Shown here: in pieces, positions 8,869 to 19,200 of the stretch
Numbering within the stretch: the stretch's first letter is position 1
Layout of the letters: every line of letters starts with the position of its first letter
Source: Terriglobia bacterium
GTDB taxonomy: Bacteria; Acidobacteriota; Terriglobia; Acidiferrales; UBA7541
Assembly: GCA_963695545.1 (NCBI GenBank)
Contig: OY968796.1
Coordinates: forward strand, 384,001-448,000
Direction: 5' to 3'
DNA length: 64,000 bases
Translations under genes and position numbers: made by a program
Notes under the pieces: generated by a model
What the model saw: only the letters and a program-made list of their open reading frames with translations
Database searches by the model: none
Told to the model about the DNA's origin: nothing

Positions 8869-11430
8869 GTGGATCATTTGTCGCGGCGGGGTGACCTTGT
8901 GAGAGATAAACGCTGTCCAATTGTCTCCGCGCTGGCATTTCTTCAACTCCTTGCGCTGGTCGTGCTCCTCATGAGTACTGCCAATTGGGGACGCGCTGAG
9001 CCCGCGCCGCAGGCGCAAACTCCGACTCCTACGGCGGTTCCCCCCGCCGCCCCAACTGCCGTCCCGACAAGTGTGCCCGCGACTCCGAGTGCAGCGGCGC
9101 CCGCTCCGATTTCATCGCCGACTTCCGCGCATGCGGCCGCTGTCTGGAGCGCGATCACCGATCCGGCGATGGACGCGGCGAAGACGACCGTAGCGGAGAA
9201 TCTGGTCCTGACGCGCGACCGCATCCGGATCACGCTGACGAAAGGCACGCTGGAATTTACGGCTCCCGTCGAAGGCAGACCATTCGGGGCGATCTTCCGC
9301 GGCCAGGGATTGGTCGAAATCGCTCCGCCGAACGCGATCGAGCAACAGCAACTGCACATGTATACGGGCCAGGACTCGCTGAGCATGACGTTCACCGATG
9401 GCGTGTTGTGGTTCACCGACAAAACGTACGACGAAATCGGGGCGGAAACGCGGTGGCGTTCGACGGGGGCGCCGGCAGATACGCTCTTCGCGGAGAGGAC
9501 GAAGCGGGAAGGCTCGCCGCGCGCGCTGCTACTCAAGGGAATTCTTTCGCTCGATCACGAACGAACGGCACTGTTTGAGGCCGACCTCAACACGGAACCC
9601 AAGGGCTGGATCCAAGTGAAAGATGACGCGCAGGAACCGGAAGAAATTTCGGCCGGGCGGTGGGTGCGTCCGTTCGGCGAATGGGAATTTGAAACCTGGA
9701 TGAGTTTCCCGGCGCGAAATCGGTCCGCTCAGGCGGCCTTCATGTATCCGCTGGGAAAAGCCGATTTCCACATAGCAAGTTACGAAATCGACGCGAGAGT
9801 GACGGGCGGGGCGGAACTTGAGGCGACGGTGCGTGCTCACCTTGATATGCAAGCCAGCGGCGAGAACGTGCTTTCCTTCGTATTGGACCCGCACTTGCGC
9901 GTCGATCGCGTCAGCGATGGCGAAGGCCGCGCCCTCGCATTTTTTCAACCGCCGGACCCGGGCCTGAAAGCCGCATTCGTAGACGATTATCTGGAGGTTG
10001 CGCTGGCCGAGGCGACGTCGTTCCATGCGGAGACGCTCGAGTTTCACTACGCGGGGAAGCATGTGGTCAGCAAGGTTGGGGGCGGAAACTTTTTCTGCGA
10101 AAGCTTCGGCTGGTATCCGGCGATCGAGAATTTTTTCGCAACGCGCAGCAATTTCGATTTGACGTTCCGGTCGTCGAAGGGCTACACCCTGGTGGCAACG
10201 GGCGACAAATTAAGCGAGAGCCTCGAAGGGGGCACGCTGGTGACCACGTGGAAGAGCGACCCGGCGATCTCGGCGGCGGGATTCGCATTTGGCGATTACA
10301 AGGTCGAAGAGCAGAAGGCGGGCAGCACGAGCATCGACGTATACGCGAACAGGAATCCCGACGATGTTTTCGCGGAGATCAGGGCTGAAAATCCGGACGC
10401 GCCGATCGGAACACTGAGCCCGGCGGAGATGTCGAAAAACATGGGTATTGAGCTGGGAAATATGGTTCGGCTCTTCGAGATCTATTACGGCCCCTATCCC
10501 TATCACTCTTTGGCGCTCACGAACATTCCGGGCGATTACGGCCAGGGCTGGCCCGGGTTGATCTATTTGTCCTCGATTTCCTTTATGGATCAGACGCAGC
10601 AGGTGGCCCTGGGCATCGACATACACGACCTGATCTGGTTGAGCGACTATTGGCGCGGCCACGAAACCTCGCACCAGTGGTGGGGCCAAGAGGTCGGATG
10701 GAAGAGTTACCACGATCAGTGGCTTTCGGAGGGATTCGCGCAATTCTCCGGCAATCTTTACGTCGAGACCCGCGAAGGCCAAAAGCAATATCTGCAGCGC
10801 CTTCAGGAAGACCGCGATCAATTGCTCGCAAAAGACCTGCGCGGACACACCTACGAATCGCTGGGACCGATTTGGCTGGGTGTGCGCGTGGCGCCGACGG
10901 ACGAACCCAGCGCATACCAGACCGTGGTTTACAACAAGGGCGGCTACGTGCTGCATATGTTGCGCATGATGCTCTACGATCCAACGCAAAAGGATCCCGA
11001 TGCGGCGTTCAAGGCGATGATGCAGGACTACACCCAGACGTACGCCAACAAGGCGGCTTCCACGGAGGATTTCAAGGCCATCGTCGAAAAACACATGGTC
11101 GCTCACATGGATCTCGACGGCAATCACCAAATGAACTGGTTTTTCAATCAATACGTTTATGGAACGGGAGTGCCAGAATACCGCTTCAACTACTCAGCGT
11201 CTCCGGCGAGCGACGGCAAGGTGAAGGTTTCCGTGACTGTTGACCGCACCGGCGTCCCCAATGGATGGGAAGACACACTCCCCATTTATTTTTACCGCGG
11301 CGGCAAACCGTTGCTCCTCGGTTGGATGGCCGTACGTGGCGAGCGCGGAACGCTGGATTTCGAGCTTCCCTTCCCGCCGGAAAAGCTCGCGCTCAACGCC
11401 AACGACGACATTTTGGCGCTCATCAAGTAA
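8869..11430 (+). CDS. Exported M1-family (gluzincin) metallo-aminopeptidase
   Basis: HETSHQWWG...WLSEGFA zinc motif and YNKG. Signal peptide followed by a Pro/Thr/Ala linker. Exact start uncertain. Confidence 0.88.
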   Translation: MDHLSRRGDLVRDKRCPIVSALAFLQLLALVVLLMSTANWGRAEPAPQAQTPTPTAVPPAAPTAVPTSVPATPSAAAPAPISSPTSAHAAAVWSAITDPAMDAAKTTVAENLVLTRDRIRITLTKGTLEFTAPVEGRPFGAIFRGQGLVEIAPPNAIEQQQLHMYTGQDSLSMTFTDGVLWFTDKTYDEIGAETRWRSTGAPADTLFAERTKREGSPRALLLKGILSLDHERTALFEADLNTEPKGWIQVKDDAQEPEEISAGRWVRPFGEWEFETWMSFPARNRSAQAAFMYPLGKADFHIASYEIDARVTGGAELEATVRAHLDMQASGENVLSFVLDPHLRVDRVSDGEGRALAFFQPPDPGLKAAFVDDYLEVALAEATSFHAETLEFHYAGKHVVSKVGGGNFFCESFGWYPAIENFFATRSNFDLTFRSSKGYTLVATGDKLSESLEGGTLVTTWKSDPAISAAGFAFGDYKVEEQKAGSTSIDVYANRNPDDVFAEIRAENPDAPIGTLSPAEMSKNMGIELGNMVRLFEIYYGPYPYHSLALTNIPGDYGQGWPGLIYLSSISFMDQTQQVALGIDIHDLIWLSDYWRGHETSHQWWGQEVGWKSYHDQWLSEGFAQFSGNLYVETREGQKQYLQRLQEDRDQLLAKDLRGHTYESLGPIWLGVRVAPTDEPSAYQTVVYNKGGYVLHMLRMMLYDPTQKDPDAAFKAMMQDYTQTYANKAASTEDFKAIVEKHMVAHMDLDGNHQMNWFFNQYVYGTGVPEYRFNYSASPASDGKVKVSVTVDRTGVPNGWEDTLPIYFYRGGKPLLLGWMAVRGERGTLDFELPFPPEKLALNANDDILALIK

Positions 11431-11538
11431 CGGATCGCGGTAAGCTTGGCCGAAACGCATTGCAATCGAAACAATCGGCGCGTGACGTAAGATTAGAACA
11501 GGGCGAGTGCCACCGCCCGGGCGGAGGATGCCATCGCG

Positions 11539-11745
11539 ATGTTCGAGCCGGGACAATCTGTGCGCGTGAATCTGGCGGGGATGCAGGTGGGCGAGGTGCT
11601 CTTCCACCAAGCTGTTACCGCGGCGGTGGGAAAAATCGTGCGGCGCACTTCGGACGACCCGCCGAAATATCTGGTGCGCTTGCTGTTCAGTTTTCGCGGC
11701 GTGAACGAGGTCGAGGTGCCCGAGGATCGCATTCTTGCATCGTAA
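11539..11745 (+). CDS. Small hypothetical protein (68 aa), possibly an SH3-like beta-barrel
   Basis: GGAGG Shine-Dalgarno upstream. 'FEPGQSVRV...GKIV...YLVRL...EVPEDRI' pattern. Confidence 0.7.
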   Translation: MFEPGQSVRVNLAGMQVGEVLFHQAVTAAVGKIVRRTSDDPPKYLVRLLFSFRGVNEVEVPEDRILAS

Positions 11746-11832
11746 ACTGGCGCGAGCGGCGCGTGATAAAATGGGTTCTGCACGAGGCTTCGCCCGGTTA
11801 GAGTCGCTGGAACCGCGCTTGGGTATACGAGC

Positions 11833-12699
11833 ATGATTCATCGCTACATTCACCACAACGGCAGCATGCAGCCGATCGACGAGACGCGGCTTTCGCCGGG
11901 ACAAGCCGGCTTGCTCGCCGGTTGGGGAATTTTCACCACGCTGCGCGTTTTTCACGGCGTGCCGTTTGCGTTTGAGCGTCACTGGCGTCGATTGTCGCGC
12001 GATGCGGCGCGCATACGGCTTCCCTTTCCATTCGATCCTGACCGCGTGCGCGCGCAAGTGATGGAACTGGTGCGCGCAAACGAAGTCGCCGAAGGCACGG
12101 CGCGCATTTACGCGATCTACAACAAGGTTGGTTTCTGGCAAAGCGACGAGCCCGCGCCTCAGGTGGACCTGCTGCTCTACACCGCCGGCTTGCCGCCGCA
12201 CCACGAGCCGGGACGCCTCGATCTGCATGAGCAAGGCCGCCACGCCGCTTCGCCGCTGGCCGGCGTGAAGGTCACTTCGTGGCTGAACAACGTGTGGAAT
12301 TTGGCCGTCGCGCAGGAACGCGGCTTCAATGAAGTGGTGCTGCTGAATGAGCGCGGCGAAGTGGCGGAATGCACCGCCGCGAATATTTTCTGCGTGCGCA
12401 GCGGGACGGTGGTAACGCCGCCGCTTTCTTCCGGCTGCCTCGAAGGAGTCACTCGAGGATTATTGCTCGAGCTCGCGCCGCCGGTGGGCGTGCCGATGGT
12501 TGAGCGCACGCTGCAGCCCGAAGATCTATTTTCCGCCGACGAAGTATTCATCACCTCGACGAACCGCAGTCTGCTGGGCATCGGCGAAATCGCGGGGCAC
12601 AACTACGCCGCGGCGCCCGGACCGATCACGCAGAAATTGGAAAAGATGTTCGTGGCGTACATGAACGACTACGTCGCGCAGCACGCCGTCGCGCGCTAG
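11833..12699 (+). CDS. PLP-dependent aminotransferase class IV (branched-chain, D-amino acid or ADC-lyase family)
   Basis: GIFTTLR, HWRRL, catalytic Lys in GVKVTS, ECTAANIF, GCLEGVTR, ADEVFITST. Confidence 0.9.
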   Translation: MIHRYIHHNGSMQPIDETRLSPGQAGLLAGWGIFTTLRVFHGVPFAFERHWRRLSRDAARIRLPFPFDPDRVRAQVMELVRANEVAEGTARIYAIYNKVGFWQSDEPAPQVDLLLYTAGLPPHHEPGRLDLHEQGRHAASPLAGVKVTSWLNNVWNLAVAQERGFNEVVLLNERGEVAECTAANIFCVRSGTVVTPPLSSGCLEGVTRGLLLELAPPVGVPMVERTLQPEDLFSADEVFITSTNRSLLGIGEIAGHNYAAAPGPITQKLEKMFVAYMNDYVAQHAVAR

Positions 12700-12704
12700 C
12701 GTTC

Positions 12705-12736
12705 GCCCGCGCCACTCCGAAGATCGTGGCGCGGGC
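12705..12736. terminator. Hairpin between convergent genes (putative terminator)
   Basis: Perfect 11-bp stem GCCCGCGCCAC / GTGGCGCGGGC with a 10-nt loop. Weak U-tract. Confidence 0.5.
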
Positions 12737-12745
12737 TTCGCGAAT

Positions 12746-12991
12746 CTAAAGTTGCTTCCGCAGATATTCAAAGACTACGTAGCCAATCAGCGCGGCAGCG
12801 ACGGCAATCGTGAAATTGGTGATCGAGAAAACGTCCTTGACGGCGAACGTCAGGCTCTTTCCGTGGCCATTTGTTTGAGTGAATTCGCCCATTAAGAGGT
12901 TGGAATAAAACAGGAAAACGATAAAACTGACCTCAACGATGGCCCTCGAAATCGGATGCGGTTTTCCAGGCTCGTTGAAATTTGAAGGCAT
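12746..12991 (-). CDS. Small two-TM membrane protein (81 aa)
   Basis: Two hydrophobic segments around FLFYSNLLMGEF. ATG lies 6 nt after an extended -10 (TGcTATAGT). Confidence 0.7.
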   Translation of the reverse strand: MPSNFNEPGKPHPISRAIVEVSFIVFLFYSNLLMGEFTQTNGHGKSLTFAVKDVFSITNFTIAVAAALIGYVVFEYLRKQL

Positions 12992-13052
12992 CGCTGGACT
13001 ATAGCAAGAAACTATTTGCGAAGCACCGATCCATGATCCCGCCCGGCCAAAT

Positions 13053-13080
13053 GGAACCATCCGCAGCCGCCGCGCGTCCA
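13053..13080 (+). promoter_or_regulatory. Putative ECF-sigma promoter
   Basis: GGAACC-N16-CGTCCA about 50 nt upstream of the 13128 start. Confidence 0.5.
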
Positions 13081-13127
13081 TTATGCAGATGCGGCCACGA
13101 TGCCGCTCCAGTCTAGGAGAACAACGA

Positions 13128-13526
13128 ATGAAACGTAATATTTTGGCTCTCGCAAGCGTGCTGGCCCTGACGCTGGCATTCGGATTCGCGGCTCGCGCGC
13201 AGGATCAACCTGCAAACGCGAATGTTGCTGGCGCATGGCAAATCACCTGGCAGGGACGCAACGGCACAGTTACAAATACGCTCACCTTCACGCAGGACGG
13301 CGCCACGCTGACCGGAACCATGCACGGCGATCGCGGCGACGCGCCCGTGAACGGCACGATCACTGGCAGCGCGATCGACTTCACCATAAAGCGCTCCACG
13401 CCGAACGGCGATTTCACCAGCGAATACAAGGGTACGGTGACCGGCGACACGATCAAGGGAACCGTGATGATGGGGCAGAACTCGCGCGATTGGTCCGCTA
13501 CGCGGCAAAAAGCCAGCGCCCAATAA
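13128..13526 (+). CDS. Secreted Thr/Gly-rich beta protein, paralog 1
   Basis: AGGAG Shine-Dalgarno and Sec signal peptide (AARA-Q). Motifs ANVAGAWQ...LTFTQDG...GTVTGDTIKGT...WSATRQ. Confidence 0.8.
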   Translation: MKRNILALASVLALTLAFGFAARAQDQPANANVAGAWQITWQGRNGTVTNTLTFTQDGATLTGTMHGDRGDAPVNGTITGSAIDFTIKRSTPNGDFTSEYKGTVTGDTIKGTVMMGQNSRDWSATRQKASAQ

Positions 13527-13531
13527 ATTCG

Positions 13532-13939
13532 ATGCGAAACAATAAGCTTAGCCGGCGCGCGCAATTCGCCGGCGCCGTGATCTCGCTCGCACTGCTGGCC
13601 GCGTTTGCGCCGGTGGTGCGCTCGGACGACACGCCCGCAAACGTCGCCGGCACGTGGCAGTTCTCCGCCGATTCGTCTCAGGGCACCTTCAACGCGACGC
13701 TCACCATTCAACAAGATGGCGGCACGATCAAAGGCACGCAAAAATCTGATTTCGGCGACGCCGCGATCACTGGTACGGTTAAAGGAAACGCGATCCAATT
13801 CACCGTAACCGTGAATTCATCCAACGGTTCGTTCACCGTGGACCACGAAGGCACGGTGACGGGCGACACAATGAAGGGAACGTTTAAGATCAACGATAGC
13901 TCGGGAAGTTGGTCGGCGACGCGCCAGAATCAGAAGTAG
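13532..13939 (+). CDS. Secreted Thr/Gly-rich beta protein, paralog 2
   Basis: Signal peptide. ANVAGTWQ...LTIQQDG...GTVTGDTMKGT...WSATRQ is clearly homologous to the preceding gene. Confidence 0.8.
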   Translation: MRNNKLSRRAQFAGAVISLALLAAFAPVVRSDDTPANVAGTWQFSADSSQGTFNATLTIQQDGGTIKGTQKSDFGDAAITGTVKGNAIQFTVTVNSSNGSFTVDHEGTVTGDTMKGTFKINDSSGSWSATRQNQK

Positions 13940-14074
13940 TGCGCGGCGAGATTGCTGCGTGGCGGCGGGCCGCCTCTGCTCCGGCGCCAGCCCGCCCGCT
14001 TCCGCTCTCTTGACCTCATCATTAATTGAATGATTGAATAGACGATCGCGCTGCCGCCGAGCGCGACGATTCCC

Positions 14075-14446
14075 ATGCGCACGACGAACTCTGCCCTCGA
14101 TCACTCCGAACGCCACGGCGCCCGCGCCAAGCACGCGCTGCGTTTGTGCCTCGCCGCGATCCTGACTGTCGCCTGTCTGCTCGCGCCAATTTCCAATTAC
14201 GCGGTGACGGTGAAACACCAGGCGACCGGCACGATCCAGTCGCGCACCCCGTCGACGATCGTGATGCTCAAACAATTCGGAAAGCACACCTCGCAGTGGG
14301 ATTTCGTTCTGACGCACGACACGCAGATTCCCGAAGGCGTTGCCAAGGGCGCTCGCGTGACGATCTACTATCACGACGACAACGGCAAGCGCGTCGCCGA
14401 CCGCATCAAAGTGATTTCCACCACGCCCCAAAAGAAAGCTGGCTAG
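14075..14446 (+). CDS. Small exported hypothetical protein (OB-fold-like)
   Basis: Hydrophobic signal region. 'GTI...T.I..GV.KGARVTIYY...ADRIKV' pattern. Confidence 0.6.
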   Translation: MRTTNSALDHSERHGARAKHALRLCLAAILTVACLLAPISNYAVTVKHQATGTIQSRTPSTIVMLKQFGKHTSQWDFVLTHDTQIPEGVAKGARVTIYYHDDNGKRVADRIKVISTTPQKKAG

Positions 14447-14507
14447 CCCGCGCCCGCGGTCACGCGCGCCCCCTCGCGTGGTAGAATTCCGTCACGGACC
14501 GAGTCCT

Positions 14508-16199
14508 ATGCCCGACGCCACCTCTCCCAGCGAGGCCGTGCTCGAAGTCGTCGCTCCCGACGGCAGCCGCCGCATTTTTCCCATCACGCACACGCCGTTT
14601 CTGATCGGCCGCGGCGCGGAAACCAATAACGATCTTCAACTGCCCGATCTGCGCATCTCGCGCCAGTGCGCCGCGCTCGTGGAGGAAAATGGCGTTCTCA
14701 TGCTCGAAGACCGCGGGCATCGCCGCGGCCTCTACGTGAACGGCCAGAGAATCGAGCGCAGCCCTCTGAAAGAAGGCGATGCAATCAATTTCGGTCTCGA
14801 CGATTCCTTCGAGATTATTTTCCACGCCAGCTCCGCAGCCCTGCCCGATCTGCTCTCGCGCATGGAGAGCCTCTCGAACACCGGCAGCGTTGGCGGCACC
14901 GGCGGCCTGCGCAAGCTGAGTCTGCTGCTTGAAGCCACGGCGCTGCTGCATTCGCAACTCCCGCTCGACGCCATCCTGGGCAACATGGTTGACCACGCCA
15001 TTTCGCTCACCGGCGCCGACCGCGGCCTGCTCGTCGAACGGGGCGCCGACAACGTGATGCGCGTGCGACTCGCGCGCCAGCGCGGCGGCAAGGCGCTCGA
15101 AACCGAAGGCCTCGAACCCACGCAGACCGCCATTCGCTATGCGCTCGAACAGAAACGCGCCGTGATCACGGAAGATCTTGAGCAAGGGCACAGCGATTTC
15201 AAAGCGGCCAAGAGCATCATCGCGCAGCGGCTGCGATCGCTGGTGGTGATTCCGCTTTACGCATTCGCGCAGCGCCGCGAGGGCACACTGCCCGGCGATG
15301 AAGTGCGCGGCGAATTGCTCGGCGTGCTCTATCTTGACAGCACGCGCCCGGCAGGATTTTCCACGCTCGAGCGCCAAATTCTCGACGCGCTCGCCGTCGA
15401 AGCCGCAAGCGTGATGGACAACGCGCGCATGGTCGAACGCGAGCGCGAACGCGAACGAATGGAGCAGGAACTCGGCATCGCGCGCGAAATTCAGCAAGCG
15501 CTGCTGCCGCGCGAATTTCAAACCGGCGCGCATCTCCAACTTTCCGGCATGAATCAATCCTGCCTCACGGTCGGCGGCGATTATTTCGACGTGATGGAAC
15601 TTGGCCCCGGCCGCACCGCGTTTCTGATCGCCGACGTCTCCGGCAAAGGACTCGGCGCCGCACTCCTGACCACCATGTTGCAAGGCGCGTTTTCCGGCAT
15701 GGCCATTCACCAGCCGCCCGCCGACGTTTTCGGCCACATCAATAATTTCTTGTGCAGCCACTCGCGCCTGGAGCGCTACGCCACCGTTTTCTTCGCCATC
15801 CTGAGCGAAGATGGGCGCCTCGATTACATCAACGCCGGACATCCTTCGCCCGCGCTGCTGCGCGAAGGGCGCGCGGAAATGCCTTTCGCCGCAGAATCGT
15901 TTCCCGTCGGCCTGATTCCCGACGCGGTGTACAAAGTGGAAACTCGCCAGCTTGAGGCCGGCGACACGCTCGTGCTGTTCAGCGACGGCGTCACCGAAGC
16001 CATGGATCCCGACGACAACGAGTTCGGAAACGCGCGCCTGATACAAGCGCTCGAAGCGCAGCGGCGCGAGGCCGTTGAAGATGTGCAGGCCGACGTGCTC
16101 GCCGCCGTCAGCGCATTCGCGCGCGGCGCAAGCCAGCGCGACGACATCACGCTCGTCGTCGCTCGCTATTGCGGCGCGCGCCAGGCCGCCCAGGCGTGA
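14508..16199 (+). CDS. FHA-GAF-PP2C (SpoIIE/RsbU-type) protein phosphatase
   Basis: FHA (LIGRG...ISRQCA...YVNG), GAF (LRSLVVIPL...GVLYLD) and PP2C (VGGDYFD, IADVSGKG, NAGHP, SDGVTEA, DDITL) motifs. Confidence 0.92.
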   Translation: MPDATSPSEAVLEVVAPDGSRRIFPITHTPFLIGRGAETNNDLQLPDLRISRQCAALVEENGVLMLEDRGHRRGLYVNGQRIERSPLKEGDAINFGLDDSFEIIFHASSAALPDLLSRMESLSNTGSVGGTGGLRKLSLLLEATALLHSQLPLDAILGNMVDHAISLTGADRGLLVERGADNVMRVRLARQRGGKALETEGLEPTQTAIRYALEQKRAVITEDLEQGHSDFKAAKSIIAQRLRSLVVIPLYAFAQRREGTLPGDEVRGELLGVLYLDSTRPAGFSTLERQILDALAVEAASVMDNARMVERERERERMEQELGIAREIQQALLPREFQTGAHLQLSGMNQSCLTVGGDYFDVMELGPGRTAFLIADVSGKGLGAALLTTMLQGAFSGMAIHQPPADVFGHINNFLCSHSRLERYATVFFAILSEDGRLDYINAGHPSPALLREGRAEMPFAAESFPVGLIPDAVYKVETRQLEAGDTLVLFSDGVTEAMDPDDNEFGNARLIQALEAQRREAVEDVQADVLAAVSAFARGASQRDDITLVVARYCGARQAAQA

Positions 16200-16232
16200 G
16201 CGGCACGCGACGCGCCACGCACGATCTCCAAA

Positions 16233-19200
16233 TTATTTTTGCGGTGTAACCGGAATGGTCTGCGGCGCGAGATTCCATCCGCGAATCGCGATTTGCGCCG
16301 CGCCGTGCGCCGCCGTCGGCGGAAACTCGATCTCGATGTCGCGCGTTTCTCCCGGCAGAAGCGATACGTAATTGTCGCTGAAGTACGCGGGCAAAATGCG
16401 CGAGCCATCGGCGGCATTCAGCAGCGTCAATTTATTTGCCAGCGCGACGGTGTTTCCGCCGTTGCGCAACTCGACGTGAACGTGAACGGCATCGCCGCCT
16501 GCGCTTGAAGCCGAAGTCGCGGTGGCCGAAAGGGCCGCGGCCGGCAGCCGGTTCAATTCGCGATACGACGAACTTTCCGCGCCAATCCAGTAAAGATTGT
16601 CGGACAACAATTCCCCTGACGCGCTACGCAATTCCAGCTTGATCAGCACGACGCCATTCGCCAGCAACGGTGCGACATCCAGCGCGAATCCGTGCGTCAC
16701 GGAATCCGCGGCCAAGTCGGCCTTTTCCTCGTGGTGCAGCAAAAGCTTGTTGTCGAGCGAAAAAACATTCGCGCTCACGGTCACGCCCGCGAGCGAACCG
16801 GTTGTGGTATTCACCGCATCCACGTTGTAATTCGATAGGTCCAGCTGCACATGCACCGGCTCGCACGCTTTTTTCACGCCGTAATAAGAAGCCTGCGTAT
16901 CGTAATCCGAACTCAAAATCTGCCACATCGTGCTGGGCCACGCGGGCTGCGTCATCCACAGCAGGCGTCCCGAGTTCGGCGCCCACAGGTGCGCGTTCAT
17001 GCCCTCAAAAATCGCGCGGTGATCCACGTAGTTCAGCATTTGCGCCTTGCGCTCGAAATCTTCCAGGGTCGTCGCCGCGCCGAATTCCGCTTCGATCTGC
17101 GCCATGAAGGGCGCCACGTCGCCATTGCCGCTCTGGTGCCAATCGTGATACGCCCACACGTCGTCGATCGGCCATTGATCGGCCGCCGGAATCCACGCGC
17201 GAAAAGATTCCAACGTGGACATCGACGGCGTCCCGGTCTCCATGGAAAATCCGAGATTGAGTTTCGTGTAGTAGAGCGCCGGATCCTGATAGCGATACGG
17301 TCCGCTGTTCTGAAGATTGATGCGATTCGAGCTGGGCGAGTAGTAACGCGTGCCGTCGAGCGTGCGCACCAAATCCGCCAGCCCTTCGTTGATCGTTGGT
17401 TGCGGAACGCCTTCGTTTCGCCCGCACCACACCACGATCGACGGGTGATTGCGAAAACGCTGGATGGTGTCGCGCGCGTTCGCGAGAAATAGCGCGGGAT
17501 CTTCGGCTTCGGCGTTGGAATTTTGCGTCGATTCCCAGAAATCGTTCCAGACCATCAATCCATATTCGTCGGCGAGATCGTAAAAAACTTCCTCCGTGCT
17601 CTGTCCTTGCCAATTGCGAATGATGTTCAGATTGGCGTCGCGATGGAGACGGAAGAAAGGCTCGAGACGCGCGCGCGAAACGCGTTTGCGCGCGTCGTCC
17701 ATGCCCCAATTGCCGCCACGGCACGCAATGCGCACGCCGTTCACCTTGATCACCAGATACGGCGCCGCGCCCGCGTCGCCAAGCATGTGGACGGAGGGAG
17801 AAGATTCGCTGCCCGCCGCGAGCGATGCGACCCAACCGTCCGAATAACCGCGCGCCGCCGCGGGATCGGCGGGAGCGGGCGATCCGGCCGCGGCTGCAAA
17901 CTGAAACGCGGGATTGGCAATCGGAATTTCGCGAATTCCGGCGTGAGTGATGTCGACAACTTCTCCATTTTCGGCGCGCGCGTCGGTGGGAGAAAATTCC
18001 ACGCGGCGCAAATGCCCCGTGTTATCGAGCAAACTGAGTTCGTAGGTGATTTCGCGAATTCCGAAACGCAGGTGCTTCGTGGCCGATACTTCGTCTCCCT
18101 CGATGAAGCTCAATGTCAAATCGTAAAGCTCGGGTTTGCCGTAGCCATTCGGCCACCACAGTCGTGGATGCTGCACCGTCAACTGCGAGAACTCCGCGGG
18201 AGTCAGCTTCACCGTCGATTCGCCCGGAGGCAGCACGATATCTTTTTTCGACACGGCGGTTTGATCGAACGAAGCGTCAAGCGTTCCGTGAACCGGCGCG
18301 GCCGAAAGATTTTCGAGCGGCACGCTGATTTCGACGTCGGCTCGGCTGGTGTCCGGCAGCGGCAGTGATGTGACGACTTGGGGATCGCCGATTCTCACCG
18401 CGCCGGTCGCCGTCAGGGTCACCGGCTGCCAAATCCCTGTATCCCGATCGCGAATCCCCGGAACCCAATCCCATCCTTCGGTGGCCATGAACGTCGGCCC
18501 GTCGAGGCACATGATTCCGCCGTTCTCGCCCGGTCCGCCCTTGATGGATTGCTCGTTGGGAATACCCGGATGCGGTGGCGGCGAAACGCGCACCGCGAGA
18601 ACATTTTCGCTTGCGGGCTTCAGAATATCGGTGACGTCGAAGACGCCGCGGATGAACGCCCCCGTGATCGTGCCGAGAAATTTTCCGTTCAGCCACACGG
18701 CAGCTTTGTAATTGATGCCGTGAAACGTCAGCGTGAGCCGCCGGCCGGCAATTTCTTTCGGCGCGGCGAACTTCGCGCGATACCAATAATCCTGCTTGTT
18801 CAGCGATTCCGGAATCGCGAGATTGTTCAGGCCGTAGTCCGGATCGGGATAAACGCCGCGATCCACAAATGTCGTAAGCACGGTTCCCGGCACCGTCGCC
18901 GGCAGCCAATCGCTGGAATTGAATTGCGCGCCGGAAATTTCAGGTCCATCGGCGTTTACTTCCGGCGCGGGCCGCAGCGTCCATCCGCCTGCAATCGCCC
19001 ACTGATTTTCGCCATCCGCTTCGAGCGCGGCGCGTGATGCCGGGAGACTTCGCGCGACGGGCTTGCCGAAGGGCGCCTTGCTCACAGGCATCTCGTCCGG
19101 GCTCTGTGGAGCGTCGTAGCCGATCCGCTCGCGTGTCTGAACCGGCCAGGGCTTCGACGCTTCTTCAAAGTCGACAATCGAAAAATCCGGAATCTGCTCC

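Noticed and set aside
9000..9135. Repetitive Pro/Thr/Ala-coding stretch as a tandem repeat or array
   Set aside because: Low-complexity protein linker without fixed-period nucleotide repeats.
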